64,000 nucleotides of DNA. It comes from Methanosarcina sp. UBA5. Lineage in GTDB: Archaea > Halobacteriota > Methanosarcinia > Methanosarcinales > Methanosarcinaceae. The stretch is from NCBI RefSeq assembly GCF_002505485.1, contig NZ_DAVG01000099.1, forward strand, positions 7,561 to 71,560, in the 5' to 3' direction. Below are positions 48,489 through 57,535 of this stretch, in pieces. The translations under genes were made by a program, and so were the position numbers. Under the pieces are notes generated by a model. That model was not told the origin of the DNA and ran no database searches. It saw only the letters and a list, made by a program, of their open reading frames with translations. Each line of letters starts with the position of its first letter. The first letter of the stretch is position 1.

Positions 48489-48623
48489 TTAGCGAGTTTA
48501 AGGGTTGATTTCAGATTGGTTAGTTTAAGGATTGAATTCAGGTTAGTGAATTTAAGGATTGAGTTCAGGTTAGTGAGTTTAGGATCTGAATTCGAGTTCG
48601 TGAGTTCAAAAGTTGGGTTTCTT
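48489..48623. repeat. 27-bp tandem repeat x5
   Basis: Units start at 48489, 48516, 48543, 48570 and 48597 (ttagtgaRtttaaggattgaRttcagg consensus). Confidence 0.9.
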
Positions 48624-48760
48624 ACTCGAAGTCCGAACATCGCAGGTTTGTAAGATTATCACAGGTTTATAAGCAGAAAATTTAAAAATCAAAGATTTTG
48701 GAATAAAACGTTTTCACACTCTCTATATTACTTTTAATTGAACAAATCAGGAGTTAATCT

Positions 48761-49096
48761 ATGATATACAAAAAGTTTGGTAGAGTAAAAAATACTTTTG
48801 CTATTTTGCTGGTACTTTGCTTTGTATTGTCAGTAACGGCTTCAGCAGCAAGCGCAGCTGGTAATAGTAAGAATAATGATGGCTACAGCGATGGTTATAA
48901 AAAAGGTTATGGAGATGGCGGAGAACAGGGCCAGATAGACTGTAACAAATATGGAAGCAGAGAAGCTCTTTCAAAAATTCCTTCTCCTTCCAATGATAAC
49001 AGGTGGACCCAAAACTACAAAGACAGTTATAATAGAGGGTACCAAAAAGGATACATCGACGGTTACAATGGAAATAGGTATACATGCCTAAAATAA
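48761..49096 (+). CDS. small secreted Gly/Tyr-rich protein
   Basis: Signal peptide FAILLVLCFVLSVTASAASAA followed by GY.(D/K)GY repeats. Confidence 0.6.
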   Translation: MIYKKFGRVKNTFAILLVLCFVLSVTASAASAAGNSKNNDGYSDGYKKGYGDGGEQGQIDCNKYGSREALSKIPSPSNDNRWTQNYKDSYNRGYQKGYIDGYNGNRYTCLK

Positions 49097-49655
49097 AGGA
49101 TAAAAGCTTTTGAATCCAAAATGAAAAGGTTAATTCCTGATACAAAACTATCAGAATAGAGGATTTTATGTAAGAACTCCTGTTTTATTGATCTTATTTA
49201 GTAACGCTGTCAGTCTTCCTGTTAAATGATACGGTTTTGCGGTCCATTTGATGATTTTGTTTGTTAATTTTTTAAAATTTATCCACTTTAATAAAAGTGG
49301 AAGGTTTAGCAAAGCAGGATCAGAGCACTGTATCGGTTTTATTGTTTTATTTAAATTGAAATAAATAATAAACGATATATTTATTTATCATCTGTACTTA
49401 CTTAATTGTAGGCTATAGCCATAATAGTCTATAAACATGGGGGAAGGTGCTCAGTGAGCCGGGCTTTAAATTCTATATTTGATTTCTCAGGAGCAATCTT
49501 GAAACGTGCTCATAATAGCAAAATTCATTTTAGATATGGGGCGAGTTATTGAAATTATCCGGAAAAACGGACATATATTCAATATTCAAAAAAATTTAGA
49601 GATATCTTATGCTCACAACTTTTAGCAGCGGATCCCCATAACCTCGACTTACAAC

Positions 49656-49741
49656 ACTAGATTTACTGGGAATACTGGATTAACTGGGAATACTGGATTA
49701 ACTGGGAATACTGGATTAACTGGGAATACTGGATTAACTGG
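49656..49741. repeat. 18-bp tandem repeat x4.8 (actggattaactgggaat), ending 5 nt before an ATG
   Basis: One diverged unit (49656-49673), three perfect units (49674-49727) and a 14-nt partial unit. Confidence 0.95.
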
Positions 49742-49746
49742 TAGAG

Positions 49747-50682
49747 ATGATCTTGAGGTTCTACATCCTTTGCACTGCTGCTTTACTAGCTTTAGGGGTA
49801 TCTCCCACTTCAGGGGTACCTTTCTTAGCAGACAGCAACATCACTGCAACAATCCATGGGGCAACATATGCATGGGATACCTTTGAACCCCTAAATGATA
49901 CTGTAATTAGTATCAATTCCAATCCTCCTCAATCAGTATTGGCAAAAAACGGCACTTATTCCTTTGAACTCGGACCCGGAGACTACGTCATTACAGCCAG
50001 GTATTACCGGAACAACACCATTATTTATTCAAAAGAAACAACTTTGAAGATTGAAGAGGAAGGAAACTATGTCTTCGATCTCCTGCTTTATCCGGTCTCC
50101 GGAAATCCGGTAACTGAAGCAGTCGAAGACGAAATAAGTAATGTCAATCCCACCGAAAAAACCAGGACTGACTTTTTTACTGTAAGTTGCCTGCCAGTAG
50201 CCTTCATGGTTCTTTTTCTGCTTGGCGGAGGTTATAAACTTTCCAGGAAGTGGAAAAAGATGAAAATAAACAGGTCTCAGGAAGAAAAGCTCAATACATC
50301 TGGACTTCTGGCAAATGCCCTTGGTAAAAGCCCTGGTTCTGGAGTGAAGCCGGGTTTCGGAAACCTTGGAGAGGTAGTCTCAGCAAATGAGTTGGTAATA
50401 GATTCAGGAGAGCCAGGAATAAAAATTGCAAATAATTCCAAAATTGAGCCTGCTGATTTAAGAGAACTCCCTCTTCCATCTGATTTACGAGAAGTCTTGG
50501 ATATGATTCGGGGCCACAGAGGTAGAATTACGCAAAAGGATCTCCGCAGCAGGCTGGAGTATTCCGAAGTAAAAATTAGCCTCCTGCTTTCAGAACTGGA
50601 AAAGAGAGGATTAATTAAGAAGTTCAAGCACGGACGTGAGAATATTGTAACTTTAACAGATGAGGAGCGCAGGGGAAGCTAA
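49747..50682 (+). CDS. membrane-anchored winged-helix transcriptional regulator (COG2512-like) with extracytoplasmic CarboxypepD_reg-like domain
   Basis: Signal/anchor, then GTYSFELGPGDYVITARY, a TM segment (FTVSCLPVAFMVLFLLGGGY) and the C-terminal wHTH ITQKDLRSRLEYSEVKISLLLSELEKRGLIKK. Confidence 0.7.
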   Translation: MILRFYILCTAALLALGVSPTSGVPFLADSNITATIHGATYAWDTFEPLNDTVISINSNPPQSVLAKNGTYSFELGPGDYVITARYYRNNTIIYSKETTLKIEEEGNYVFDLLLYPVSGNPVTEAVEDEISNVNPTEKTRTDFFTVSCLPVAFMVLFLLGGGYKLSRKWKKMKINRSQEEKLNTSGLLANALGKSPGSGVKPGFGNLGEVVSANELVIDSGEPGIKIANNSKIEPADLRELPLPSDLREVLDMIRGHRGRITQKDLRSRLEYSEVKISLLLSELEKRGLIKKFKHGRENIVTLTDEERRGS

Positions 50683-50920
50683 CTATACGACCAGCAAAAA
50701 TGCAACATAATGTAATATAATATGTAATGGTAATAATATGTAATGATAATGTAAAAGAAAAGAGAATCAGGGAGAGTTCACTTTGTTCCTCAGGGTAGAG
50801 AACTCATAAATCTCCCCACTTCCTGAGCAGTAAGAACCCTACTGCTCTTGGTCTTACTGCTTTTTAATTAAAACTATTTTTTAATCCAGATCGTTTTCTC
50901 TTTAATCCAGATAATTGTTT

Positions 50921-51110
50921 TTAATCCAAAGAGGTGTATCGCTAAGTAATTACTGTCTTAATTTACAGCCAACTCTGATCATTTGTTTCAGTGTTATCTA
51001 TTACAATCCTCATGAGATTTGTTGTAACCTCCAAACCATTTCATATACATTTCAGACTGCCAGAAAATTCCCAGTATCTTTTTCATTTCAACACATAACC
51101 CACTCCCGAG
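50921..51110 (-). pseudogene. internally deleted remnant of a paralogue of the 51203-51577 secreted-protein gene
   Basis: 51060-51110 matches the 5'UTR, ATG and first 8 codons of the intact gene (atgaaaaagatactgggaatttt). 50921-50990 matches its 3' flank (tttaatccaaRgRgtgtat...attacagcca). Confidence 0.55.
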
Positions 51111-51202
51111 TTTAATCGAAACTGCTTTTAATCCAGATTGCTGCTTGTTTAATCCAAGGGGTGTATGACGAGATAATTATCGTCTCATATTACAGCCAGT
51201 TA

Positions 51203-51577
51203 TCATCTGCTTCCATAGTGGCTGCTATAACTCCTGTAGGACTCGTAATACTCGTAGTAGTAGCTATAGAATTTGTTGTAATAACCGTAGAACGTTTTAT
51301 AGCTGACAAACCAACTTATATACATTTTATACCATTTTTTGTACTCGTTGCCATGTTTCTTATTGCCCCACTTTCTCTTGTCGTTATCCCACTTTCTCTT
51401 GTCGTTGTCCCACTTAATCTTGTCTTTGTTCCACTTAATCCTGTCATGGTTGTCAAATTTGTTCCTGTTGTCGTCCCGCTTGTGCCTGTCATTGTCCCAA
51501 GGTGCTGCACTTACTGATGCAACTGTCACTGACAGTACAAAACAGACTGCCAGGAAAATTCCCAGTATCTTTTTCAT
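51203..51577 (-). CDS. small secreted protein with KWDNDKR repeats and a Tyr-rich C-terminus
   Basis: MKKILGIFLAVCFVLSVTVASVSAA signal peptide (paralogous to that of 48761-49096). RBS-like ggagtgagg upstream; ATG 51577 is preferred to 51595. Confidence 0.65.
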   Translation of the reverse strand: MKKILGIFLAVCFVLSVTVASVSAAPWDNDRHKRDDNRNKFDNHDRIKWNKDKIKWDNDKRKWDNDKRKWGNKKHGNEYKKWYKMYISWFVSYKTFYGYYNKFYSYYYEYYESYRSYSSHYGSR

Positions 51578-51600
51578 TTCCAACACGTACCTCACTCCAG

Positions 51601-51736
51601 AAATTTATTTAACTTTATTATTATTTTTATTTTCTATTTATTCTGTTTATTCTGTTGTTTATTCTGTTAAATTTATTTAACTTTATTATTATTTTTATTT
51701 TCTATTTATTCTGTTTATTCTGTTGTTTATTCTGTT
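51601..51736. repeat. perfect 68-bp tandem duplication in the promoter/5' region of the secreted-protein gene
   Basis: 51601-51668 equals 51669-51736, checked base by base. Confidence 0.95.
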
Positions 51737-52880
51737 ATTACTCACTTATTACTCGGCTTTGTTTTATACCTTGAATTACCTGCTTAATTTACCTGTTCTG
51801 GTTGTCTTGCCGACTACCTGCGACTTGACAATTCTAAAATTCGCTAGATTAAATATAAATATACTTATACCAAAAAATAGCTTAAAAGGGTTTAATTAAT
51901 AAAATAACCATTTTAAATGGTTTAATTAATAAAATAAAGGTTTTTAAAATTTAAAAGTTATTTTTATCCATATATAATGTGTTTAATACTTATAAACCGC
52001 CTTAACTTCGGGCTTTCAAGGCGAGTTGTTGAAAACTGAGGTACATAAATTTCCCTACATTTTCCAGAATATCTGATCGTATTTGTTTTTCAAATTTGAG
52101 CAGCAATTTACTTTATAGTTGTGTCTTCTAAATGCCTTTGCTGATATCAATTAAGCAATTTTACCTTAAATATGGGGTTTTTTTATGAAAAAAGAAACTA
52201 AGTGGAAGCTTTTAAAGCAAATATGATTTTATAAACTTTAAATTTAATCTATAATGGGGTCTAGCACATATAACATGAAAAAAGCTCCTTAAAATCCTTA
52301 TATTTTCAAAAAAAGCGATAAATTTACTTGTTTATTTTTCTAAGCGCAAACATAAAAAATTACTTTACAATTGTTGAAAGCATAAGAACTGTGCGATACG
52401 CAGCTTAACTGAAAAACCAATAGCATGAGCTTAAAAACTCTTTATCATTCCTGCTGATCCACTGGATGTGGTAAGGTTCAAGAACCTCAACCCGGTTGCA
52501 CCAAGCATTTTATGGTTAGGTACGTGCGTTTTCGGATGGATATTCGTGAAAAAAATCTAATAAATCTGGCAGCTTTGGTGAAGAACAGGCTAGCTGATGG
52601 TCTTTTAAGGTAAAGTGGTAATTTATTTTTCAGGAACTGGATATTCTCTTCATGTAACGAAAAATGCAAAAACGAATTGCAAAACAGATCCAATACCAGT
52701 TTTAAGCCTTTGATTATCTTCCTGGGCATTCCGTTCAGATCGAATTTAAATCTATGTGAAATCACATGACGAAGAAAATGAAAAATGTTCTAACAATACG
52801 AGAAAGCAGGTGCATTCTGGACAAAGAATACTGAAAATAAAAGAGATTGAATAATAAAAGAGGTTAAATATGGTATTAAT

Positions 52881-52925
52881 GGGGATTGGGCATCCGGTTA
52901 TTGGGGAGTTGGGGGGTATGGGGGG
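52881..52925 (+). other. G-quadruplex-prone tract (five G-runs of 3-6)
   Basis: G-runs at 52881-84, 52888-90, 52903-06, 52911-16 and 52920-25 in an otherwise AT-rich intergenic region. Confidence 0.4.
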
Positions 52926-53242
52926 TTATTAAAAAGAGTTAAAAGGTCTCTTATGACCTTCCCAGATGCCCAATAGCCTAGAGTACTTCATAATATATAA
53001 ACTTAAAGATTTAATCGCATATTGGCTAAACATGATCAAATATTGTAAAAAATAAACCGGTGCAAAGTGGGCTCTGATATTAAGGTGGGAACTTTCAATA
53101 AAAACCTCAAAATTATAGCAGCTTGTGATGCCAGCTTCAGATTTACGGTCTCCAGATCTAGCGTAATGTTCAGGAGCAATATCCGTATATGATGTGTTGT
53201 TTTCAGAAATTAGTGTGAGAAACTGAATCTAAAAGCCGGATA

Positions 53243-53399
53243 TAAATCATTTTTAATTTAAAATCTTAATAATCAACGGTTTTAAGGATGAGACATCATC
53301 CACTGCTGTGTTCCAGATGGCTTCAAGATCAAGACCAAAATCGCCGGACCATTTTGTCGCGCAATCCGGACATTTCTCTCCATGGAATCTCTGGATGTT
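53243..53399 (-). pseudogene. HepT (DUF86/HEPN) toxin remnant, 5'-truncated and frameshifted
   Basis: Reverse translation gives HPEIPWREMSGLRDKMV, then a frame change to GDFGLDLEAIWNTAVDDVSSLKPLIIKILN*. Compare the HepT pattern PEIPWr.i.GlRN...H.Yf.vDleivW..v..dlP.L. Confidence 0.55.
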
Positions 53400-53416
53400 T
53401 TATTTTTAAAGGGCTA

Positions 53417-53469
53417 CCCGAAAGCATACCTCATCCTTTAGGGTAGGGTGACCGCTCGCAAGTTGATTT
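53417..53469 (+). repeat. dispersed repeat, copy C (3'-terminal 53-bp fragment)
   Basis: cccgaaagcatacctcatcctttagggtagggtgaccgctcgcaagttgatttt aligns with the 3' end of copy B (reverse complement of 27282-27335). Confidence 0.7.
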
Positions 53470-53748
53470 TACTCGAATTCAACCCACATTACAACCATAC
53501 TTTCTTCTGATATTAGAGTTCTGTTTTTATGGAATCTTACTTCCTCTTGATATTGGATTTTTACTTCCGTTTGAAATTATATTTTTATTTCTTTCATGTT
53601 GCAATAGTACTTTCTGAACGTCTATCTGAAAAATTCGGTTCTTCACAAAAAATATGAAGTATACCTGTTATATACTAAAAAGGAAAGAAATCTGCAACAG
53701 GCAGAAACTTATCCCATAAACATAAAATACAGCTAAAGGGGGGTTAGC

Positions 53749-55119
53749 TTGAAGTTTGAACGAATTAAATCGGAAGGGTTGGCTCATCTTTCTTATTTCA
53801 TTGGCTCGGAAGATGAAGCCATAGTGATCGACCCTCGAAGAGACTGTCAGGTCTATGCCGAGCTTGCCAGAAGAGAAGGTATGAATATAAAATATATTTT
53901 TGAAACCCACAGAAATGAGGACTACATAATCGGTTCCCTGGAACTGAAGAAGCTTACAGGTGCAGAGATTTATCACGGTCATGGAGTGAATTTCAAATAT
54001 GGAAACTATTTGAATGAAGGCAAGGAGTTCGATTTTGGATCAATGAAGCTGATGGCTTTACATACTCCAGGCCACACCGACGAGAGTATGTCCTATGCCC
54101 TGACAGACCTTGATACAGGAAAAGAGCCAGTAATGGTTTTTACAGGAGATGCCCTGTTCGTAGGCGATACCGGAAGAACCGATCTGTATGGTCCGGAGGA
54201 AGCTCCAAGGCTGGCAGCAAATCTCTATGACAGCATATTTAACAAAATCCTTCCCCTGGGAGATGGAGTAATACTATGTCCTGCGCATGGTGCAGGCTCG
54301 GTTTGTGGGGGAGCTATCGCCAAAAGGGACTACAGTACGCTCGGACTTGAGCGTATCCAGAATCCTGCTCTGCAGAAGACAAAAAAGGAAGAGTTTATCA
54401 AGTTCAAACTTGAAGAGCAGCTTGAGTTTCCTCCTTACTTCATGAAAATGGAACAGTACAACCTGCAGGGCCCTCCTCTGCTGCAGGATCTGCCAGTTCC
54501 AAAACTGTTTTCACCTGAGGAGTTCAGGGTAGAAATGGAAAAAGGGGCAGTGGTCGTGGATACGCGCATGCCACATTCTTTTGGAGGAGCGCATATAAGA
54601 AACTCCTATAGCATCTGGCTCGGAGGAGTACCTTCATTTGCCGGCTGGTTGCTTCCTTATAATAAACCTATACTCGTCGTGCTAGAAGAAAAAGAACATC
54701 TTGAAACCGCTGCAAGGTATCTGATCCGTCTGGGTTATGACAATATAGCGGGTTTTTTGAAAGGCGGAATTGCAGCCTGGTATATGAAAGCCTTACCAGT
54801 AGACGGATTTAATTTTATCTCTGTCCATGATCTGAAGAATGAACTGGAGAAGCACGAGGAAATGACACTACTTGATGTAAGGAAGAAGAAAGAATGGGCT
54901 GAGGGACACATTCAGGGAGCTAAACATATATACATTGGGGAGCTTGAGGAAAATCTGGATCAGGTCCCGAAGGATTCTCGGGTAATTGTTTATTGTGACA
55001 GTTCCAGGCGTTCCAGTATAGCAGCTTCGATTTTGAAAAAGCACGGCTATAATAACGTATATAATGTGCTTGGCAGCATGACTGCATGGAAGAATGCCGG
55101 ATATGGCACAGTAAAATGA
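53749..55119 (+). CDS. MBL-fold hydrolase fused to two rhodanese domains (persulfide dioxygenase/sulfurtransferase-like)
   Basis: HTPGHTDES, CPAHG, and a C-terminal rhodanese active-site loop YCDSSRRS. TTG start at 53749 preceded by aaagggggg. Confidence 0.85.
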   Translation: MKFERIKSEGLAHLSYFIGSEDEAIVIDPRRDCQVYAELARREGMNIKYIFETHRNEDYIIGSLELKKLTGAEIYHGHGVNFKYGNYLNEGKEFDFGSMKLMALHTPGHTDESMSYALTDLDTGKEPVMVFTGDALFVGDTGRTDLYGPEEAPRLAANLYDSIFNKILPLGDGVILCPAHGAGSVCGGAIAKRDYSTLGLERIQNPALQKTKKEEFIKFKLEEQLEFPPYFMKMEQYNLQGPPLLQDLPVPKLFSPEEFRVEMEKGAVVVDTRMPHSFGGAHIRNSYSIWLGGVPSFAGWLLPYNKPILVVLEEKEHLETAARYLIRLGYDNIAGFLKGGIAAWYMKALPVDGFNFISVHDLKNELEKHEEMTLLDVRKKKEWAEGHIQGAKHIYIGELEENLDQVPKDSRVIVYCDSSRRSSIAASILKKHGYNNVYNVLGSMTAWKNAGYGTVK

Positions 55120-55196
55120 CCTTATTTTTTGCTCTAATCCACACTCAGAAAAGGAATTTAGAAATCTTTATATTCTCTTTCTTTTTTTAATCTACC

Positions 55197-56381
55197 ATGG
55201 TTTTACATGTTCCTCACATTCTTCTTCCAAAGGATAATTGGGAAAAGTGGGCAGTGATTGCCTGTGATCAGCACACTCAGGATCTGGAATACTGGAAAAG
55301 AGTTGAAGAATTTATTGGAAATGCTCCTTCTACTTTTAATTTAATTTATCCGGAAATATATCTTCCTCTCGATGAAAATAGAGTAAATAAGATTCATAAA
55401 ACTCTAAGTGACTACAAAGATCTTCTTGTTGATCACGGCCCCTGCTTTATTCTCGTAAGGCGTTCGGTCTCAGGTAAGGAAAGAACCGGGCTTGTGGTTG
55501 CGGTCGACCTGGAAGAATACCAGTTCAACGGGTCAGACTCGTTTATCAAACCAACGGAAGGCACTATTAAAGAAAGGCTTCCCGCAAGAGTCAGGATAAG
55601 GGAAAACGCGGAATTAGAACTTTCTCATATATTAGTTTTATACGATGATCCTTATTTCTCGGTTATTCCCAGAAACCCTGATGATTTTGTTTGTGAAGAG
55701 GACAAGGTTTATGATTTTGATCTGATGGAAAATGGCGGCCACATCATGGGTTACAGGATCAGTAATGAAAAGATAATTAAAGAAATTTCGGAGAAAATCC
55801 TGAACCTGGGCCTCCTTCTTGTTGGTGATGGAAACCACAGCCTTGCTGCTGCAAAGAGCTTCTGGGAACAAATTAAAGGGACCGTACAGGCCGATCATCC
55901 TGCAAGGTATGCAATGGTTGAGCTTGTAAATGTTCACGACCCCGGGCTTTCCTTTGAACCGATTCACAGGGTTGTAAGCGGAATTGACCCTGAAGAGCTG
56001 CTTAAAAAATTCAATGCAAGGATCGAAGAAGGCATGGTCTGCTATTCACATGCCGATTTTCCAGCCTCAGGACATTCAATAGGGTTTGTTACAAAAGATA
56101 GGTCTGGTGTATTGGTTTTTGATAATCCTGTGTACGACCTTGAGGTCGAAACCCTTGACGAGGTCATTGACAATTATTCAATCGAATATGAGCATGATCC
56201 CGAAGTCGTGGAAAAACTTGGAAAAAAGCAGGGTAATATAGGTTTCTTCCTTCCCTCTTTAAAAAAGAAAGATTTCTTTTCTCTAATTAAAAAGAAAGGG
56301 GTTCTTCCGAGAAAATCGTTTTCCCTTGGGAAGGAAAATGAGAAGAGATATTATATCGAAGCCAAAAAGATTGTTCCATAA
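55197..56381 (+). CDS. conserved hypothetical protein (possibly DUF1015-like; assignment uncertain)
   Basis: 394-aa ORF. The motif LLVGDGNHSLAAAK is reminiscent of the DUF1015 ADGHHR motif, but the N-terminus does not fit my recollection of that family. Confidence 0.6.
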   Translation: MVLHVPHILLPKDNWEKWAVIACDQHTQDLEYWKRVEEFIGNAPSTFNLIYPEIYLPLDENRVNKIHKTLSDYKDLLVDHGPCFILVRRSVSGKERTGLVVAVDLEEYQFNGSDSFIKPTEGTIKERLPARVRIRENAELELSHILVLYDDPYFSVIPRNPDDFVCEEDKVYDFDLMENGGHIMGYRISNEKIIKEISEKILNLGLLLVGDGNHSLAAAKSFWEQIKGTVQADHPARYAMVELVNVHDPGLSFEPIHRVVSGIDPEELLKKFNARIEEGMVCYSHADFPASGHSIGFVTKDRSGVLVFDNPVYDLEVETLDEVIDNYSIEYEHDPEVVEKLGKKQGNIGFFLPSLKKKDFFSLIKKKGVLPRKSFSLGKENEKRYYIEAKKIVP

Positions 56382-56934
56382 GGTTTTGTGCCCTGTGGTT
56401 TCTTTCTATTTTCTTTTTACTCTTGCTTATTTTTTATTATTCTGATTTACTTTTTAGTATCTTTACTTACTTTTTATTATCCTTACTTACGTTTCATTAC
56501 CTTTTAATTACTTCTCATTACTTTCCTTTACTTTTTATTATCTTTCCTTACCTACCGTTATCTTTTACTACCTTTCGTTATTTTCTTTAACTCTTCTTAT
56601 TTTTTCTTCCTCTTCATTTTTAGACTCGATATGGCGCTAATTTTTCATTTTCAGAATGAAACGATACTGTGGTTTCATGAAGTTTTGGACTTGCATATTT
56701 ATCTTAGTGCCTTCGTTTAATTACTGTTTCAGTGTCTGACTGCAGAACCCGATGCTGTTTAATTGCGATAAACAGGAAGGACTTAGAATATCCATATATA
56801 ATCTTAAAAGGGACGATTTCAATTAAAAAAATGTGTCCATTTATAACAAAGTGACTTACTTTGACAGTCAAATTATAAATACCTTCAATCTAATAATTGA
56901 TTTATTGGCTAAATAATCACTGGGGGAGTGAAAT

Positions 56935-57090
56935 ATGGCGGATTTGATATATCTTGCTGTGGTCTTTCTGGTATTAGCATTGATTGCATATATACTGGGC
57001 GCACGGGGAATTGCCGGTTTCTCAATGGAGATTGCAAAGTGGCTCGTTATAATCTTTATTATACTTGCAATCATCTCGTTCCTATTATGA
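56935..57090 (+). CDS. DUF1328 (UPF0391/YtjA-like) 51-aa membrane protein
   Basis: Manual translation gives [54 protein letters not shown]-like gggggag lies 8 nt upstream. It is below the ORF-track cut-off, and the track lists only a wrong-frame ORF here. Confidence 0.7.
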   Translation: MADLIYLAVVFLVLALIAYILGARGIAGFSMEIAKWLVIIFIILAIISFLL

Positions 57091-57535
57091 CGGCAGCCTT
57101 AACGAAGTTAACACTGGTTCAAGATAGCTTATGCACTAGGGGTGATAGAGAGTAATATCAGTATCAAAAAATCAAAGCCAGTTTACTTTTCCTCGACTTT
57201 TGCCTGACAATTACTCCTCAGGCATATCGAAAATTAGTTTGTTTGCTTTTCTTCTCAATTAAGACGGCTCATATTAATTGATTCATTATTAGACCTTTTA
57301 TATTTTTTAGACCAGTCGGGCTAGCTTATATCGGGTTTCTTTGATTAATTTTATCCCGGTTGTATAAATGTTAACTCAGGTTGAGTAGTTTAACTGATAC
57401 TTTTTTAAGTTATCTTCTCGCATGAATACTAGTAATATAGTTTAATTATAATTTGTACCATAATTTGTACCAATATACTTATATTACTTTATATTAATTC
57501 CCGGTAAACTAATCGAAGTATCACCCATACTTTGA

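Noticed and set aside
48404-48653. Overlapping ORFs on both strands across the 27-bp tandem repeat
   Set aside because: The openness is explained by a repeat period divisible by three. No RBS, signal or family resemblance was seen.
49656-49741. Possible CRISPR array (also considered for 34741-34848, 48489-48623 and 51601-51736)
   Set aside because: The units are head-to-tail with no unique spacers. The unit sizes and structure do not fit CRISPR repeats, and no cas genes are in the window.
51161-51680. Plus-strand ORFs 51161-51517 and 51339-51680
   Set aside because: They are antisense to the secreted-protein gene, which has a signal peptide and an RBS. Their hydrophobic repeats mirror the KWDNDKR repeats.
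52487-52765. 92-aa minus-strand ORF in the 51.8-53.7 kb desert
   Set aside because: The translation is Lys/Phe/Leu-rich, as expected for AT-rich DNA. No motifs were found.
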